Shown piece after piece: positions 28,180-32,000 of a stretch of DNA of 32,000 bases (position 1 is the stretch's first letter; the number at the start of each line of letters is the position of its first letter). Under the pieces are notes generated by a model that was given only the letters and a program-made list of their open reading frames with translations, did no database searches and was not told where the DNA came from. The stretch is from Patescibacteria group bacterium (GTDB lineage Bacteria; Patescibacteriota; Patescibacteriia; 2-01-FULL-39-33). The stretch is from assembly GCA_041649575.1 (NCBI GenBank), contig JBAZMW010000004.1, forward strand, positions 90,001 to 122,000. Direction: 5' to 3'. Both the position numbers and the translations under genes were made by a program.

Positions 28180-30684
28180 TTAGATTAAGGTCACATTAGC
28201 CACAGTGTCCTTTTCTTCCTTGAAGCGCATAACGCGGACACCCTGGGTATCGCGGCCGAGGACATTGACGTCTTTGACGCTCAAACGAATCACCTGTCCC
28301 TGATTGGAAATGACAATCAGGTCATTAGTGTCGCTATAGATGATTTTGCCGCTGACTATTTTTCCTGTTTTAGAATTAATTTTGGCGGTTTTGATGCCGC
28401 TGCCGCCACGTCCCTGCACTTTATAGGCGTTAAGCTTAGTCTGTTTGCCAAAGCCATTTTCCATAATTACCAGCAGGTTGGCGATCTTGTCATCTTTTTG
28501 GTTGAAGATTCCCATGCCGACAATTTTGTCGTTGGTTTTTAGTTTAAGGCCGCGGACACCGGAAGCAGCGCGACCCATTGGCCGCACATTGGCTTCTTTG
28601 AAACGGATCGCTTGGCCGTTGGCGGTGACTAGGATGATATTTTCGTCGCCTTTGGAAGGCATGACCCATTCCAAATTGTCGTTGTTTTTGATTTTGATGG
28701 CGATGAGCCCGGAGCGGCGGACGTTGGTAAAATCTTCGATGGGCGTTTTTTTGATAGTGCCGCCACTAGTAACCATAACTAAAAATTTATCGTTTTCGAC
28801 ATTAGTCAAAGGCAGAATGGCAGAAACTTTTTCGTTGGGCGCGAGCTGTAAAAAGTTGACTAACGCCTGGCCCTTGGCGGTGCGGGAGGCTTGAGGCACA
28901 TCATAGCCCTTGAGCTGGAAAACGCGGCCGCGGTTGGTAAAAAACAACACATCGGCGTGAGTGGAAGTGAGGAAAAAGTGCTCCACGCTGTCTTCTTCTT
29001 TGGTGGTGAGCCCGATAACGCCTTTGCCGCCACGCCCTTGTTTTTTGAAGGTGTCGGGGGGCAGGCGTTTGATATAGCCGTCATTGGTGACCATGACGAT
29101 CATTTCTTCATTGGGCACCAAATCTTCCATGGTGAAACTGTCGACGCCGTGGGCGACAATTTGCGTTCGGCGCGGCTGGGAATATTTATTTTTTAGTTCG
29201 ATAATTTCTTCTTTAATGATACTCAAAATTCTGGCGGGAGATTTGAGGATTGTCTCCAATTCTTTAATCAACTTTTGTTTTTCTTTAAGTTCGGTTTCCA
29301 CCTTGATTCTTTCCAGGTTGGCCAATTGTTGCAGGCGCATCTCTAAGATGGCTACGGCCTGTCGGTCGCTAAGTTTGAATTTTTTGATTAGATTTTCTTT
29401 GGCCTGCTCTTTGTCTTTGGATTTTTTAATGGTGTCTATCACTTGGTCGATTTTGGCCAAAGCCAAAACCAAACCTTCCAAAATATGAGCCCGGTCTTTG
29501 GTTTTTTCCAGATCAAAGCGTGTCCGGCGAGTGATTACTTCTTGGCGGTGTTTGAGGTATTCTTCCAAAATGGTTTTGAGCGTCAGAATGCGGGGCTGGA
29601 TACCGTCAACCAAAGCCAGCATATTGAAATGAAAAGTGGTTTGCAGGGCGGTATGCTTGAAAAGTTGATTGAGAATTTTCTTGGGGTAGGAATCTTTTTT
29701 TAACTCGATAACTATGCGCACGCCGTCCTTATTGGATTCGTCGCGTAAATCTTTAATGCCTTCGATTTTTTTGTCTTTGACCAGCTCGGCGATTTTTTCC
29801 AAAAGCACCGCCTTATTGGTTTGATAGGGTACCTCGGAAACAATAATTTGATTGCCGCCGCCTTTCATTTCTTCGATATTGGTTTTGGCGCGGCAAACAA
29901 TGCCGCCTTTGCCGGAGGCGTAGGCCTGCTTGATGTCTTTGAGGCTGTAAAGAATACCGCCAGTCGGTAAGTCCGGGCCTTTAATAAATTTCAGCAAATC
30001 GTCAAGATCGCAATCAGGATTGTCGATCAGATGCACGGTGGCTTCAATCACTTCGTTGAGGTTGTGCGGGTAAATATTGGTAGCCATGCCGACGGCGATG
30101 CCCTGGGTGCCATTAATCAAGAGGTTGGGCAGCTTGGCTGGCAAAACCAGCGGTTCCTGATGAGCGCCGTCGTAGTTGGCAACAAAATTGACAGTGTTTT
30201 TGTCGATGTCAAAAAGCATCTCCTCGGCAATGCCCGAGAGTTTGGTTTCTGTATAACGCATAGCGGCGGCGCTGTCGCCATCCATTGAGCCGAAGTTGCC
30301 CTGGCCGTTGACCAGCGGATAGCGCAGAGAGAAATTTTGCGCCAGGCGCACCAAAGTATCGTAAATAGCCATATCGCCATGCGGGTGGTATTTGGCCATT
30401 ACTTCGCCGACCACGTTAGCCGATTTTCTGAATTTGGCGTTGGCTTTCAGGCCGATGTCCCACATCGCGTAAAGCACACGGCGGTGAACCGGTTTTAGGC
30501 CGTCCCGGACATCCGGCAGAGCGCGGGAAACAATAACCGACATGGCATAATCCAAATAACTCTGCTGGACCTCCAGGCTGATTGGCTGGGCAAAAACATT
30601 TGGTTCGCTAACGGAATTATTTTCGGTCGTTGAAATATTAGTGGTTTTGTTTTCTTCTTTGGCTGCTGTTTTTTTCTTGGCCAT
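28180..30684 (-). CDS. gyrA: DNA gyrase subunit A
   Basis: [33 protein letters not shown]...[28 protein letters not shown]...[27 protein letters not shown]; C-terminal beta-pinwheel with QGRGGSGIK. Confidence 0.96.
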   Translation of the reverse strand: MAKKKTAAKEENKTTNISTTENNSVSEPNVFAQPISLEVQQSYLDYAMSVIVSRALPDVRDGLKPVHRRVLYAMWDIGLKANAKFRKSANVVGEVMAKYHPHGDMAIYDTLVRLAQNFSLRYPLVNGQGNFGSMDGDSAAAMRYTETKLSGIAEEMLFDIDKNTVNFVANYDGAHQEPLVLPAKLPNLLINGTQGIAVGMATNIYPHNLNEVIEATVHLIDNPDCDLDDLLKFIKGPDLPTGGILYSLKDIKQAYASGKGGIVCRAKTNIEEMKGGGNQIIVSEVPYQTNKAVLLEKIAELVKDKKIEGIKDLRDESNKDGVRIVIELKKDSYPKKILNQLFKHTALQTTFHFNMLALVDGIQPRILTLKTILEEYLKHRQEVITRRTRFDLEKTKDRAHILEGLVLALAKIDQVIDTIKKSKDKEQAKENLIKKFKLSDRQAVAILEMRLQQLANLERIKVETELKEKQKLIKELETILKSPARILSIIKEEIIELKNKYSQPRRTQIVAHGVDSFTMEDLVPNEEMIVMVTNDGYIKRLPPDTFKKQGRGGKGVIGLTTKEEDSVEHFFLTSTHADVLFFTNRGRVFQLKGYDVPQASRTAKGQALVNFLQLAPNEKVSAILPLTNVENDKFLVMVTSGGTIKKTPIEDFTNVRRSGLIAIKIKNNDNLEWVMPSKGDENIILVTANGQAIRFKEANVRPMGRAASGVRGLKLKTNDKIVGMGIFNQKDDKIANLLVIMENGFGKQTKLNAYKVQGRGGSGIKTAKINSKTGKIVSGKIIYSDTNDLIVISNQGQVIRLSVKDVNVLGRDTQGVRVMRFKEEKDTVANVTLI

Positions 30685-30688
30685 AAGT

Positions 30689-31579
30689 TTATTTTATAAA
30701 TTTAAGACTGGATAAAATTTGGCTAAAGACCGGCTCGAATAAGTCCTGGCCGCCTCGCGAATAAACATTAATTTCATAAATATTTTTTTGCTGGCCAGCA
30801 TAGACCAAATAAGAAATATCTTTTTCTTCCATTGTTTGTTTTAGATATTTTAAGGCCGGCTGTCCGTCGATAAAGAGCTTATTCTTGTCTGGCAGGTAAT
30901 CGCTCAAATCCCCTTGATTTAATTTGAGCCATTCTTCCAGTTTCAGTTTATTAGTGCTGGTTTTTTTAGTGATGATTACCTGGCCCAAAATTTTGGGCGT
31001 GCTGGTGGCCGGGCTGTAGCTGGTGAGCATCAGGGTGTCGGCTGCTTCTTTTTTATACCAGTCGGGCGGATAGCGCAAGGAAAGGTTTAGGATTTCCGAA
31101 GAGTGTTGCGGCCAGTTGTCGCTGTTTAGGTTAATTTGCAGTTTTTGAATGATGTCGTTTTTTACTTGTTCCAGCTGGCTTTTTTGTTCTGGGACGGCAG
31201 TTTCTTGGGCCAGATTTTTCTGGGAGTCGTTAATGATGCCGCGCAGATCGGTCAGAGCCTGATCAAGGTTTTGTCCCAGGTCGTAGTCGCTACTGCTTTT
31301 TAACGCCTCTTTAACATTATTTTTCATCGTCCAAAACCAAAAAACCAAGACTATCAAAGCCAAAACTCCAACCACCAGCCAGGTTAGTTTTGATTTTTTT
31401 TCAACCTCACCGTCTGGCTCATTAATGACAATATAGCTGTTTTTTTTCGCTGCCGCTGTTTCAGCTGGTTTGGCCGTGTTGATGCTGGGAGCGGAAATCT
31501 TTTTTCTGCTTCTAATAATTTTCTTGCTGGCACCTTTGGCGCCGCCGGTTTTGGTTTTTTTGCTTTTAGCCGCAGGCAT
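30689..31579 (-). CDS. Membrane-anchored hypothetical protein
   Basis: 296 aa; Lys-rich cytoplasmic N-terminus, one TM ([19 protein letters not shown]), extracytoplasmic domain with [21 protein letters not shown]. Confidence 0.75.
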   Translation of the reverse strand: MPAAKSKKTKTGGAKGASKKIIRSRKKISAPSINTAKPAETAAAKKNSYIVINEPDGEVEKKSKLTWLVVGVLALIVLVFWFWTMKNNVKEALKSSSDYDLGQNLDQALTDLRGIINDSQKNLAQETAVPEQKSQLEQVKNDIIQKLQINLNSDNWPQHSSEILNLSLRYPPDWYKKEAADTLMLTSYSPATSTPKILGQVIITKKTSTNKLKLEEWLKLNQGDLSDYLPDKNKLFIDGQPALKYLKQTMEEKDISYLVYAGQQKNIYEINVYSRGGQDLFEPVFSQILSSLKFIK

Positions 31580-31591
31580 GGGAGAAAATGA

Positions 31592-32000
31592 TTAAGGTTT
31601 AAAAATAATAATTTTGGTTTCTTCTTGAGGCAGATCTTTCTTGTTGATTTTTAGTTTGTCCAAAGTTTCGCTGGGCAGGCCAGACTCCTTTAAAAATTTT
31701 TCCACTCCGTCCACCTGCTCTTTAAAAAGAGGGCTTTTGTAGTGCATTGGTATCACCAGGCGCGGTTCGACTTCGCCAATGATCTCGTTGGCTTTCTTGG
31801 CGTCAATAGTAAAAACACCGCCAACAGGAATCATTAGAATATCAACATCACCCAATTTTTCTATCTGTTCGTCGCTAAGCAGATGCCCCAAATCTCCCAA
31901 GTGCACCAGATTTATCCCTTCCGTATTGATACGGTAGATGATGTTAGCGCCTCTTTCTTGGCCGGCTTGCTCGTCGTGCCAGGCAGGGATGCCGTAGATA
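31592..32000 (-). CDS. MBL-fold metallo-hydrolase (partial, 5' end beyond window)
   Basis: IYGIPAWHDEQAGQERGANIIYRINTEGINLVHLGDLGHLLSDEQIEKLGDVDILMIPVGGVFTIDAKKANEIIGEVEPRLVIPMHY; the frame stays open through 32000. Confidence 0.88.
   Translation of the reverse strand, partial: IYGIPAWHDEQAGQERGANIIYRINTEGINLVHLGDLGHLLSDEQIEKLGDVDILMIPVGGVFTIDAKKANEIIGEVEPRLVIPMHYKSPLFKEQVDGVEKFLKESGLPSETLDKLKINKKDLPQEETKIIIFKP

Noticed and set aside
28445-30380. Several ORFs of 74-149 aa inside gyrA on the other strand or alternate frame
   Set aside because: Shadow ORFs of a strongly supported gyrA coding sequence.

Overview
This 32 kb window looks like a chromosomal segment of a Patescibacteria/CPR-like bacterium. 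That is an inference from gene style and small, divergent proteins; no database was searched. Recognisable content: an O-antigen ligase/flippase pair, a secreted coiled-coil protein, a glycosidase-fold protein, an EamA transporter, queA, a PH-domain protein, ruvB, a glycosyltransferase, rplS, an HTH/TrmB-like regulator, an EndoQ/PHP-like protein, miaB, a PKD plus lamin-tail surface protein, a CaCA antiporter, gyrA and a partial MBL-fold hydrolase. It also has a 23S-5S rRNA unit with its own consensus promoter and no adjacent 16S, and seven structurally complete tRNA genes. The main unusual signal is in the tRNA loci. Upstream of three intact tRNAs (Ser-CGA, Gly-GCC, Leu-TAG), on the same strand, there is a duplicated 5' tRNA fragment split near the D-arm by a GC-rich palindromic insert. 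All three inserts begin TCCGC when read on the + strand, and the Leu case is an exact 24-nt tRNA segment cut by a 31-bp insert. In the Ser case a small GIY-YIG nuclease gene lies between the split fragment and the intact tRNA. A tRNA-Val gene is also nested within the anticodon loop of a second tRNA-Val. Other candidates are an about 395-nt structured RNA with promoter, end-pairing stem and terminator (18416-18810, minus), a 96-nt hairpin insertion in the 23S rRNA, a terminator-like hairpin in the 23S leader, and several very small ORFs. No CRISPR array, prophage or complete transposon was seen.
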